Source: an uncultured Methanosarcinales archaeon | GTDB taxonomy: Archaea; Nanobdellota; Nanobdellia; Woesearchaeales; CAYMBN01 | Length of the DNA: 52,656 nucleotides | NCBI GenBank assembly: GCA_964388715.1 | Contig: CAYMBN010000011.1 | Span: forward strand, 1 to 52,656 | Direction: 5' to 3' | Shown here: positions 8,715-17,755 of the stretch, piece after piece | How the letters are laid out: the number at the start of each line of letters is the position of its first letter | Numbering within the stretch: the first letter of the stretch is position 1 | Position numbers and translations under genes: made by a program | The notes under the pieces: generated by a model | What the model saw: only the letters and a program-made list of their open reading frames with translations | What the model was told of the DNA's origin: nothing | Databases searched by the model: none

Positions 8715-10138
8715 TGATGAAAATGAAATGGAAGTTTTTATTGGATAGGAAGAATCTGACTTTAGTATTTTATGAACTTGTTACTAGGTATCAGACTGAG
8801 AAAGGTATGAAAGAGATTATGGGTGTTGATTTTGGGTTTGATAATTATAGAGCAGTGCAAGGTGCTGTGTATTATGGTGCTGAGGATGTTAAAAAAGCAA
8901 ATAAAAAAGTAAAGCAGATTTATCTGAAGAAAGGGGCTGGTTTTTTTAAATCATTAATTGAACAATGGAATGATTTTTTTGATGAGTTGTTGAAACTTAG
9001 TGTTGTTATTTCAAAAATAGATTATTCTGATAAGAGTAATGATGAACTGGTAGATGATCTTAGGAAATTAAGGGATGCTTATTACAAAACTTCAACTGCA
9101 CTCTACTCTCCTATTTTAATTGAAGCTTTAGCTGATGATATTATGAGAAAATATTTGCAAGAGAGGACTGATAAAGTAATTGATTTTTTTAATATTTTAA
9201 CAACTCCTGTTATTGAAAGTGATGCTACAAAAGAATTGAAAAGTATTTTGAAGATAGCTATTAAGAAGAATGATATTTCTAATGATATTAAGAAGCATAT
9301 TAAAGAATTTGGTTGGATTAATGCAAGAGGGTTTGGTGGAGATGGATGGTCAGAGAAAGAAGTTTTGGAAAGACTTGATTATATTTTGAAAGAAGATCCT
9401 AAAGAAAAACTAGATAAGTTGGAAAAGCATGCAAAAGGAGTTGTGGAAGAAACAGAAAAAGTGTTATCTGTGATTAATGCTGACCAAAAATTTAGAGAAT
9501 TTGTTGAAATAACAAAAGATTTTGTGTTTTTTAGAAATTATAGGATGGATATGTATACTAAAGCTGGTTTTGTTGCAAGAAATTTGTTTAGAGAGATTGC
9601 AAAGCGGTTAGGAATTGATTTGTGTGATTTGTTTTATTTGTTGACAGATGAAATTGTTGATGCTCTTAATAGTGATGAGGATTATTTGGATAAGATTAAG
9701 GAAAGGAAGAAAGGTTATGTTTATATTTTACAAAAAGAGAAAATAACAATTTTGGTAGGTAGGGAGCTTGAAGAATATAAGAAAAAAGAAATTAAAGATG
9801 AAGTTGAACAAGTTGATGAGGTTAAAGGAACTATTGCTTGTAAAGGTAAAGTTACTGGAATTGTTAAACTTGTTCCTGGAAAAAAAGATATTGGTAAGGT
9901 TGAGAAAGGTGATGTGTTGGTTACATCAATGACAACTCCTGATTTTGTTCCTGCAATGGAGAAGGCAGCTGCTTTTGTGACAGATGAAGGCGGTATTTGT
10001 TGTCATGCAGCGATTGTTTCGCGTGAAATGGAAAAACCGTGTGTTATAGGGACTAAGATTGCTACAAGAGTGTTTAAAGATGGGGATAAGGTTGAGGTTG
10101 ATGCTGAGACGGGAGTTGTTAGAAAGATTTATAAATGA
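8714..10138 (+). CDS. PEP-utilising enzyme family protein (C-terminal phospho-His swivel domain)
   Basis: GDVLVTSMTTPDFVPAMEKAAAFVTDEGGICCHAAIVSRE; no ATP-grasp domain recognisable. Confidence 0.85.
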   Translation: MMKMKWKFLLDRKNLTLVFYELVTRYQTEKGMKEIMGVDFGFDNYRAVQGAVYYGAEDVKKANKKVKQIYLKKGAGFFKSLIEQWNDFFDELLKLSVVISKIDYSDKSNDELVDDLRKLRDAYYKTSTALYSPILIEALADDIMRKYLQERTDKVIDFFNILTTPVIESDATKELKSILKIAIKKNDISNDIKKHIKEFGWINARGFGGDGWSEKEVLERLDYILKEDPKEKLDKLEKHAKGVVEETEKVLSVINADQKFREFVEITKDFVFFRNYRMDMYTKAGFVARNLFREIAKRLGIDLCDLFYLLTDEIVDALNSDEDYLDKIKERKKGYVYILQKEKITILVGRELEEYKKKEIKDEVEQVDEVKGTIACKGKVTGIVKLVPGKKDIGKVEKGDVLVTSMTTPDFVPAMEKAAAFVTDEGGICCHAAIVSREMEKPCVIGTKIATRVFKDGDKVEVDAETGVVRKIYK

Positions 10139-10158
10139 AAGCTAATTTTTAAGTCAAT

Positions 10159-10260
10159 ATGAAACGAAGCTCAAGACGTTGGAAAAAGAAAGGGCAGATG
10201 CGCTGGAAGTGGCAGAGAAAGCGTATGAAGAAAGAGAAAAGAAGAAGAGCTAGAAAGTAA
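10159..10260 (+). CDS. rpl41e: ribosomal protein eL41/eS32 (33 aa), not in ORF track
   Basis: MKRSSRRWKKKGQMRWKWQRKRMKKEKRRRARK*, matching the archaeal WKKKGxMRWKW pattern. Confidence 0.88.
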   Translation: MKRSSRRWKKKGQMRWKWQRKRMKKEKRRRARK

Positions 10261-10264
10261 TTTC

Positions 10265-11014
10265 TTATTTAATTTTAGGTATAGTGTTTATGATTAGATC
10301 AGTTACTTTGCTGACGTTTTTCTTGAAAATCTCTAATACAGCTTCCCATGTAACTGGTTCTTCATCATCTTTCCAACAATCATAATCAGTAGACATTGCA
10401 ACTGCTGCGTATGGAATACCTATTTCATTTGCAAGAATGCATTCAGGTGCAATGCTCATATTAATTACATCAGCACCCCATGTCCTGAACATGTGTGATT
10501 CTGCTTTTGTTGAAAATCTTGGACCTTCAATTGTGACAACAGTACCTTTTTCATGGTGTTTTAATTTAAGTTCTTTACAAGTTTGAATTAATGTGTTTCT
10601 TAGTTCTTTGTTAAATGGTTCTGCAGTTGGAGTGTGTGTTAGTTTGTCTGGTTCAAATTTATCAAAAAATGAAACTTTTCTTAATCTTGTGAAATCTATG
10701 AATTGATCCAGAATAACAAAATGTCCTCTGCCAATTTCTTGTCTTAATGAACCACATGCAGTTGTGACAAGGATATGTGTACAACCTTGTTCTTTTAATG
10801 CATGGATGTTAGCTCTGTTGTTAACTTGCGTTGGTGGAATTGTATGTTGTCTTCCATGTCTTGATAATAGAACAACATCAACACCTTTTATTTTTCCTAA
10901 TTTTAATGGAGAAGATGGTTTTCCAAATGGTGTGTCAACTTCAATATCTTTTGCATCTTCAAGAATACTTGGATCTTCTAATCCTGATCCTCCAATGATT
11001 GCGATTTTTGTCAT
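10265..11014 (-). CDS. mtnP: S-methyl-5'-thioadenosine phosphorylase
   Basis: [23 protein letters not shown] and TDYDCW motifs. Confidence 0.93.
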   Translation of the reverse strand: MTKIAIIGGSGLEDPSILEDAKDIEVDTPFGKPSSPLKLGKIKGVDVVLLSRHGRQHTIPPTQVNNRANIHALKEQGCTHILVTTACGSLRQEIGRGHFVILDQFIDFTRLRKVSFFDKFEPDKLTHTPTAEPFNKELRNTLIQTCKELKLKHHEKGTVVTIEGPRFSTKAESHMFRTWGADVINMSIAPECILANEIGIPYAAVAMSTDYDCWKDDEEPVTWEAVLEIFKKNVSKVTDLIINTIPKIK

Positions 11015-11045
11015 GGTATCACCTTTAATGTGTTTTTTTAGTTGA

Positions 11046-11501
11046 TTATTTTAATTTTTTATATATTTTTGCTATTTCTGAGTTTTTACTCCTTTTTTCT
11101 TTTAAAAAGTTTAATGCAGAATCAAATCCTTTTGTATGTTCAAGGCCAGCTGCTTTTCCAAGTAGTGCATAATAGTTAGTTGGTTCACGTACTAATACTT
11201 TTTCAAACTTTCTTATGCTTCTTTGGTATTCTTCTTGTTGATATAATTGTACTGCATCATCTAGTGTTGGGTTGTTTAAATTATCTTTTAATAAATCAAT
11301 AAAATATTGGTCAAGCTTGTATCTTTTTTTTGTATTGTTTTCATGATTATTTGAATCTTCTGAACTATTAATTTTGTAAGGTCTGGTTTTTGGTTTTTTG
11401 AATATTGATGGTCTCTTTTTTTTAGAAGTTTTGTTTCCAAATAATATTCTTTCTACTAATGGTCTATGATCTGATTTATCTGGTTTATTTTTTTTGCCCA
11501 T
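11046..11501 (-). CDS. hypothetical protein with basic N-terminus and a TPR
   Basis: [35 protein letters not shown]. Confidence 0.7.
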   Translation of the reverse strand: MGKKNKPDKSDHRPLVERILFGNKTSKKKRPSIFKKPKTRPYKINSSEDSNNHENNTKKRYKLDQYFIDLLKDNLNNPTLDDAVQLYQQEEYQRSIRKFEKVLVREPTNYYALLGKAAGLEHTKGFDSALNFLKEKRSKNSEIAKIYKKLK

Positions 11502-11554
11502 AATATTTGAGAATTAAGGATATTTTTTAAATTTATTGGGGTTGTAGAATAGGT

Positions 11555-12091
11555 TTAAGCTCTTATCTTTTTGATGATTGCTTTATCACTGATGATTGCA
11601 GAGTTACCTGATTTGTCTTCTATTATTATTTTAAGTTTTTCTTGGCCCCAAGTAACTCTGTTAAGTTTTTTCAAAAGTTTTCTTGCTTTTTTTTGGTCAG
11701 ATTTTTCTTCTGCACTATTTTTTGCAGATTCAATTGCTGTCTTTGCTCTGTTTATGATACCTTCTATGTTTGTTACATAACCTTCTGAAGCAGGACCAGG
11801 TGTGATAGTTATAACATGTGGAATCTTTACTGTTGCTGCACTTGATTTAACAACTCTTATCTTCATATCTTTTTCAGAATTAATTTCAATTGTGTAAGAG
11901 GAAGCTGGTTTTTGTTCTGCGCATTCAATGTCAGCTTTATGATATTTGCAATTTGAACAACTCATTGAGAAAACAAAGACTTTTCCAAAATAAGGTACTT
12001 CTGTTTCTTCTTCCATTAATGTTAATGTCTTTTTAAGGCACATTGGACAAGTTTCTCCTTCAATCTTGTTTTGTGTCTTGTTTTTTGTCAT
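11555..12091 (-). CDS. ZPR1 zinc-finger protein
   Basis: CPMC...VPYFG...CSNC, EGYVTNIEG and DKSGNS motifs. Confidence 0.93.
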   Translation of the reverse strand: MTKNKTQNKIEGETCPMCLKKTLTLMEEETEVPYFGKVFVFSMSCSNCKYHKADIECAEQKPASSYTIEINSEKDMKIRVVKSSAATVKIPHVITITPGPASEGYVTNIEGIINRAKTAIESAKNSAEEKSDQKKARKLLKKLNRVTWGQEKLKIIIEDKSGNSAIISDKAIIKKIRA

Positions 12092-12177
12092 GGATGAAAT
12101 GATGAATCAGATATATTTAAACTTTGTTGTTTGATTTGCAAAAGCTTTTTAAACCTTTCCAATACTACTTTATTAAA

Positions 12178-12306
12178 ATGAAAGAACTCTATGAAATTCT
12201 CGTGTGTCCTAAGTGTAAGAAAAAGTTAACGAAAGATTTAAAGTGTGAAAAGTGTAAAAAGAAGTATCCTGTTAAAGATGGGATTGTTGTGCTGATGGTT
12301 AAATAA
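12178..12306 (+). CDS. Trm112-like zinc-binding protein (42 aa)
   Basis: LYEILVCPKCK...LKCEKCKKKYPVKDGIVVLM. Confidence 0.85.
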   Translation: MKELYEILVCPKCKKKLTKDLKCEKCKKKYPVKDGIVVLMVK

Positions 12307-12349
12307 TTCCAAAACTTTTTAAATTAAATTATAATTTTATCTTTTTGTT

Positions 12350-12470
12350 GGGCTCATAGCTCAGTCTGGTTAGAGCGATGGCCTCTTAATCCAAAAGGAG
12401 TAAGCCATAGGTCGTGGGTTCGAATTGTGCGAAGGTTCAAAGCTTCGCTTCGAAATTCCCTCTGAGCCCG
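12350..12470 (+). tRNA. tRNA-Lys(CTT) with two introns (12389-12402 at 37/38; 12425-12456 at 59/60)
   Basis: Removing both introns gives a 75-nt cloverleaf; each junction forms a bulge-helix-bulge. Confidence 0.9.
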
Positions 12471-12483
12471 TTTTTATTTTTTC

Positions 12484-14940
12484 TTAGAAGAAACTTCCTA
12501 ACTTACTCTGATCCTTGCTTTCGAGTAAGTCTTCTGATTTGAAACCAAGGACTTCGAAAATACTTTGGACAGCTGGAACTATTTGATGTTTTATGTAATA
12601 TTCTGAATCATAATCATTGTCTTTGATTTCATCAGGGAGTTTGACTCTGTCACGAATCCTTCCTTTGCCTTCTGCAACTATGTATGATATCATTGTGCCT
12701 GGTGGAACTTCTTCACCTTTACTTTGCATACGTTGTGCAGCAGCAACATGAGGACCATATGTTTCATAGTCTGCAATGTCTTTTTGTAATTGTGTGACAA
12801 TTATTAATTTGTTAGGATTAACCTTTTTTGTTCTGAGGTCATGGATAACTTCTTTTACATATTCAAATGCTTTTGTTTGTTTGTCATATTTAAGGATCAT
12901 GTTAAGAACTTTTTGTTGAACTTGTTTTGCAATTGTACTCCAATTTCTTCTGACTGCTTCAAAACCTTTTATTTTTATTACTCCTTTATTTGATACTAAA
13001 GCGTATTTTTTCTTTGCACCATAACTACCTTGTTTTGCAGGAACAAAAATACCTTTTGGATAATGACCTTCAAATTCAAGTTCCATTATACCTGGAAGAT
13101 CTTTATTTATTATTTTAACAAATTCTTTTGCATCTTGCATTGTTTTTTTTCCAAGTGTTAAGAATACTGAATCTGTATCAGAGTAAAGTACATTAAAACC
13201 TTTTTTTTGTGCTTTATTAATAACTTTTTTTATGTAGTACCTTCCATAGGCTGTGATTGATTTTGCACATTCAAGAGAATACCAGCGTGCACCAAAGAAT
13301 CCATAATAACCATATGTTGCATTAGCAAGTAATTTAAGACCTTCTGATCTTGCGTTTAATAGTGGATTTTTCTTTTTCTCTTTTTTTAAGATTTCTTTAA
13401 CACGCATTCTTCGTGTTATAAGATCTTCAACTATTGTTGGAATAAAACCTTTTTTTTGTTTACAAAACCAATATTTTTTGTGTTCAGTAGGTGCTTTTTC
13501 TGCTTTTCCTCTGCAACAACCACATTTTAATGTGTCTGGAGAAATGTTGTGTGAGGTAATTATTGTTGGGTACAGACTTCTGAAATCAAACACGATAATG
13601 TCATCATATAAACCTGGTTTTGGTTCATATACAAAAGCTCCTGTAAAAGTGTGTAATCTTCTTTCTTTTATTTGATTATGATGTGGTTTGTTTGAAGCAA
13701 TTTCATTGAATAAAGGAGCTTGTTTTAGAATGTGCCATTCAACTAATTGTGAGAAACCCATTCTACTTGTGTCAAACAAAGGCAGATTGACAAGTTTAAC
13801 CATTTCTTCAATTAAGGGATATATTTTTTTTAGTAATCCTAATGTTAAATTACAATCTTGTAAATTGTATGTGCAGTATTGTTCAAGTTTTTTTGGATGT
13901 TTGTCCCAGACTTCTGCTAATTTTTCCATTTCAATTTCTTGTTTTTTTTGTCCAAGTATTTCTGTTGCGACATCATCTAATCTGTATGAGTCTGTTTCAA
14001 GTGTTCTGCTCATTACACTTTTTATGAATTTGAAAACGTCAACATGAACAATGCCGTTAAGTTTGATTGATTCTGCTCTTCCTCTTCCAGTCATGGGTTC
14101 TAAATTGTCTAAACCTATGTTTAGTTTTATTTTGTATTTTTTTGCTCGTTCAATAATGTAAGGGAAATCAAATCCATCTGAGAAGTAACCTGTTATTATG
14201 TCTGGTTTAAATTTCTCAATTGTTTCTTTAAAATCTTCAAGCAATTCGATTTCACTTTTTACGAAATTAATGTATTTATGTTTTGTTTTGAAATGTTTCC
14301 ATGTTGTAACTTTTTCAAATTTGTCTGCTTTGTAACCTAACATAATAATTGGATGTTTTTCAGGCATAACTGCTTTACCTAATGGATTATATGTTTCAAT
14401 GTCAATTGCAAGGATTCTTGGTTTGATAGAGTCAGTTGATTCTTGTTTGATGTTAGTTGCCTTGAAAATAGGTACTTTAAGATTTCCTTGGATAAAGTCA
14501 CCTTCTGCTTGCCATAATGTTAATGGTGTGAGAGCTTTGTCAATCAGATATCTTCTTATGAATTTGATGTCATACTCATAAATCTCTTTTACCATGTCCC
14601 ACTCTTTGATGACTTGTCTTATTGCTGGGACAGAAGAAGGTAGATTTACAAAGAGTTTGATTGTTTGAACATCTTTGCCAAGGTGTTTTTTTTGATGTTG
14701 TTCAAGTTTTGTAACAAAAGCATCACCTTTTTTTGTTTCAACTTTAAGTTTTAATGCTTTTCTTTGAAATTCTTTGAAATCGTCATTATCTTCAAGTATG
14801 ACCCAGAAATATGGTTGAAATGAGTCATCTATCACACAGACTTGTTTATTATCAATTGTTCTGCCAAATAGATGGATTAAGGCTTTGTTCCTTGTGATTC
14901 TGTACATTATGTCTAAACAGTGGAAGTGGATTTTTGGCAT
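12484..14940 (-). CDS. polB: family B DNA polymerase
   Basis: DIET exonuclease motif, DFRSLYPTII, KLLANATYGY, YSDTDS; C-terminal PIP box QSKLGSFF; no intein. Confidence 0.97.
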   Translation of the reverse strand: MPKIHFHCLDIMYRITRNKALIHLFGRTIDNKQVCVIDDSFQPYFWVILEDNDDFKEFQRKALKLKVETKKGDAFVTKLEQHQKKHLGKDVQTIKLFVNLPSSVPAIRQVIKEWDMVKEIYEYDIKFIRRYLIDKALTPLTLWQAEGDFIQGNLKVPIFKATNIKQESTDSIKPRILAIDIETYNPLGKAVMPEKHPIIMLGYKADKFEKVTTWKHFKTKHKYINFVKSEIELLEDFKETIEKFKPDIITGYFSDGFDFPYIIERAKKYKIKLNIGLDNLEPMTGRGRAESIKLNGIVHVDVFKFIKSVMSRTLETDSYRLDDVATEILGQKKQEIEMEKLAEVWDKHPKKLEQYCTYNLQDCNLTLGLLKKIYPLIEEMVKLVNLPLFDTSRMGFSQLVEWHILKQAPLFNEIASNKPHHNQIKERRLHTFTGAFVYEPKPGLYDDIIVFDFRSLYPTIITSHNISPDTLKCGCCRGKAEKAPTEHKKYWFCKQKKGFIPTIVEDLITRRMRVKEILKKEKKKNPLLNARSEGLKLLANATYGYYGFFGARWYSLECAKSITAYGRYYIKKVINKAQKKGFNVLYSDTDSVFLTLGKKTMQDAKEFVKIINKDLPGIMELEFEGHYPKGIFVPAKQGSYGAKKKYALVSNKGVIKIKGFEAVRRNWSTIAKQVQQKVLNMILKYDKQTKAFEYVKEVIHDLRTKKVNPNKLIIVTQLQKDIADYETYGPHVAAAQRMQSKGEEVPPGTMISYIVAEGKGRIRDRVKLPDEIKDNDYDSEYYIKHQIVPAVQSIFEVLGFKSEDLLESKDQSKLGSFF

Positions 14941-15051
14941 TTTTAAGTAGAATGTAGAAGTTGGTTTATTTAAAGGTTTAGGAATATATTGTCTAGAGCA
15001 GAAAACTTTATATAGCTTGGAGTATTTGGGTATACACTGGGGGCAAAAAAT

Positions 15052-15252
15052 ATGGTAGATAGGTTTAAACTGGAATGTATGAAATTAGCAAAACTGCAAA
15101 GAGCGCAGTTTAGAGAAGTTCTAAGGTATGTTATTAAGCAGAAGAAGCCGTTAAAGTATGATGTTTTCTCTAGGTTTTGTGGTATTTCAAGGCAACAATG
15201 GGATAAGTTCCGTTCTGAGAACAGAGAAGTTAATATTAAGTGGATGGTTTAG
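15052..15252 (+). CDS. small hypothetical protein, possible HTH
   Basis: GGGGG RBS and TATA upstream; FSRFCGISRQQWDKF resembles an HTH. Confidence 0.6.
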   Translation: MVDRFKLECMKLAKLQRAQFREVLRYVIKQKKPLKYDVFSRFCGISRQQWDKFRSENREVNIKWMV

Positions 15253-15256
15253 GTTT

Positions 15257-15325
15257 AAAATCGAAAAGTTTTAGAAATCAAGATTTCTAAACCGTTTCAA
15301 TTTTGTTACACAAAATCGAAAAGTT
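15257..15325. repeat. palindromic element flanked by a 14-bp direct repeat
   Basis: AAAATCGAAAAGTT at 15257-15270 and 15312-15325 around TTAGAAATCAAGATTTCTAAACCG. Confidence 0.65.
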
Positions 15326-15353
15326 AATATACTATTTCTTGTAGATAGTTGAT

Positions 15354-15644
15354 ATGGTAGAAGCTAGTACTGCATTAGCAATCCTAGAAAACGTATCATT
15401 ACCTATTAAAAATATTGTTGGTATTCTATATACTCTTGTTGGTGGTGTGTTTGGACTTTATCTTATACTATTATTCATGAGATTTAAAGAATATCGTACT
15501 CTAAGGAAGATTCTTACTGATATAAGGCATGATTTGAGATCTTTGAACATGCATCTTGGGAATTATCATGTTAAGCCTGAGAAAGAAAGTCATTTTAAGA
15601 AAAGTTATCATAAGTTTAAGAGTTCTGTTAAGAAGAAAAAATGA
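15354..15644 (+). CDS. small membrane protein
   Basis: One TM helix followed by a basic tail. Confidence 0.7.
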   Translation: MVEASTALAILENVSLPIKNIVGILYTLVGGVFGLYLILLFMRFKEYRTLRKILTDIRHDLRSLNMHLGNYHVKPEKESHFKKSYHKFKSSVKKKK

Positions 15645-16153
15645 CTGAGTATGTTTATAGTGTGGATGAGAATGACAATGTAATTGGTAAAATAACCAGA
15701 GAGCAGTCTAAATCTAATAAATTTATACATAGAGGTGTTGGTGCTTTTGTTTTTAATAAAAAAGGAGAGTTATTTATTCATAAAAGGGCTAAGCAGAAGA
15801 AGTTGTATCCTGAACAATGGGATTGTACTGTTGGTGGTGGTGTTGATTATGGAGAAACATATGAAGAAGGACTTGTTCGTGAGATAGAAGAAGAGATTGG
15901 AATAAGAATTAAGAATCCTGTGTTTCTTTTTGATTTTAGGTATAAAGATGAAGTTAATAATTATACTTCAAAAACTTATAGGTGTGTTGTAGATGCAGAA
16001 CTGAAGTTTCAAGAAGAAGAGATAAGTGAAGGAAGGTTTGAAACTGTTGAAAATGTAAAAAAGCTTATAAATGAGATTGTCTTTTGTCCAGATGCGATTG
16101 AAGTATTTGAAATATTTTTGAAAAAAGAGGGTAAAAATGAAGTTAACAATTAA
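15641..16153 (+). CDS. NUDIX hydrolase (IDI/YfcD-like)
   Basis: Nudix box GGGVDYGETYEEGLVREIEEEIG; VDENDNVIG...HRGV. Confidence 0.9.
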   Translation: MTEYVYSVDENDNVIGKITREQSKSNKFIHRGVGAFVFNKKGELFIHKRAKQKKLYPEQWDCTVGGGVDYGETYEEGLVREIEEEIGIRIKNPVFLFDFRYKDEVNNYTSKTYRCVVDAELKFQEEEISEGRFETVENVKKLINEIVFCPDAIEVFEIFLKKEGKNEVNN

Positions 16154-16838
16154 TGATAGTATATTTAAACTTGTTCCTGGTGTTAATGTAGGAGCGATTA
16201 TTGTAAAGAATGTTGATAACTCTGGAACACATGATATGGTTGATAAACTTCTTGTTGATATACAACAGTTTGTAAGAGATAGTTTTGTTGGGAAAGAATT
16301 GTCATCTCTTCCTTCAATTGCTCAGTGGCGTGAAGTGTACAAAGCGTTTGGGGCAAAACCTAAAAAATATAAGTGTAGTGTTGAAGCTCTTATGAAACGT
16401 GTTCTTAATTACCAGGATTTGCCAAAAATCAATAAAATAGTTGATTTGTATAATTATATGTCACTTAAAGAGACAATTCCAATGGGTGGAGATAATCTTG
16501 ATAAAATAGATGGTGATATTATTTTGACTTTAGCAAAAGGTACTGAGAGTTTTTTAGTTATCAATGGAAAACAACCAGAAAGACCGCATAAAGGAGAGGT
16601 TGTTTACAAGGATAGTAAGGATGTTTTATGCAGAAGATGGAATTGGAGAGAATGTGATAAGACAAAGATAACTGAAGATACTAAGAATGTTATAATTTAT
16701 GCAGAAGCATTGCCACCAATATCATTGGAAAAGTTACAGAAGGTTCTTAAGGACATGAGTGAGTTAGTTGAGACTTATTGCGGCGGAGAAGCAAGAGTAG
16801 AAGTTTTGAGTGAGAATAGGAAGAGTGTTGAATTGTAA
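16137..16838 (+). CDS. free-standing B3/4 tRNA-editing domain protein
   Basis: WREVYKAFG, CSVEAL, INKIVDLYN, CRRWNWRECDKTKI. Confidence 0.9.
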   Translation: MKLTINDSIFKLVPGVNVGAIIVKNVDNSGTHDMVDKLLVDIQQFVRDSFVGKELSSLPSIAQWREVYKAFGAKPKKYKCSVEALMKRVLNYQDLPKINKIVDLYNYMSLKETIPMGGDNLDKIDGDIILTLAKGTESFLVINGKQPERPHKGEVVYKDSKDVLCRRWNWRECDKTKITEDTKNVIIYAEALPPISLEKLQKVLKDMSELVETYCGGEARVEVLSENRKSVEL

Positions 16839-16988
16839 ATAATCCTGTGGATGGTTTTCTTGTGTTTTTTACTTTGAGAATAATAGAATAGATAATCATG
16901 TGATTTTTTAGAAGTTGATGTTTGGTTAATGGTTGTTAAATTCAATAAAGAAAGGGAAAATTGATTAATTGGGAAAAACAAACTACAA

Positions 16989-17612
16989 CTAATTAGAAAA
17001 AATAATATCTGCATATTGTTTCATAATATCTTGCATATCATTTCCAATAGTTTCTGGACTACTAACAATCGCTTTCTCTAGTTCAATTCTTGAAAAAGGT
17101 TTTATTTGCTGAACTTCTCCAGGTTGAGGATTAGTTGGACCATCATATCTTCCTTTAAATAACTCAAGATGAATTACTTCAACCTTTTCAGAACCATCTT
17201 GTTTTATTCTTCTAGCATTATAATTAAGTACAGTTTCCAATTTTGTTAGAACAGCAGTTTTTGATAAGTCAGTATCTTGTTGAGCAGAAGCATATTCATC
17301 TGGTGAGACTATCACAGCACTAATTCCTAAAATTTCGTAACACATTTCCTCTAAGAATTCTTCAGTTAATGAAGCACCTATTCCAATGTGTCCTCCAGGT
17401 TTATCCCACTGATTGGCATTAACAGATTTATCCTTAGCTCTTAATTGTAATAAAACTTCTCCATGTTGATTTGTTATGGCATAGGCAACATGTTTGTTGA
17501 TTAATCCTTTTTGGTGAATCTCTTTTCTTGGTAATGTTCCTAATACTTCACCTTCAGAATTATAAAAATGTAATATTTCTTCATGCTTATCTGCTACTAG
17601 TTTTTTACCCAT
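16989..17612 (-). CDS. divergent NUDIX-fold protein
   Basis: IHQKGL, LLQLRA, WDKPGGHI; Nudix box degenerate. Confidence 0.75.
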   Translation of the reverse strand: MGKKLVADKHEEILHFYNSEGEVLGTLPRKEIHQKGLINKHVAYAITNQHGEVLLQLRAKDKSVNANQWDKPGGHIGIGASLTEEFLEEMCYEILGISAVIVSPDEYASAQQDTDLSKTAVLTKLETVLNYNARRIKQDGSEKVEVIHLELFKGRYDGPTNPQPGEVQQIKPFSRIELEKAIVSSPETIGNDMQDIMKQYADIIFSN

Positions 17613-17755
17613 ATTAACTAAAAAGTAGTAACACCATTATATAAATGTTTTGTTTATTTTTTGCCCTTTCTTACTTTACAAACTAAAAAACCAACAGTTT
17701 TCTAAGTAAACAATCAGATGATTATTTACTTCTTAGAAAGATGTTGATTATTAGA

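Noticed and set aside
12484..14940. Inteins in PolB (also checked NrdJ)
   Set aside because: Lengths are normal and motifs contiguous.
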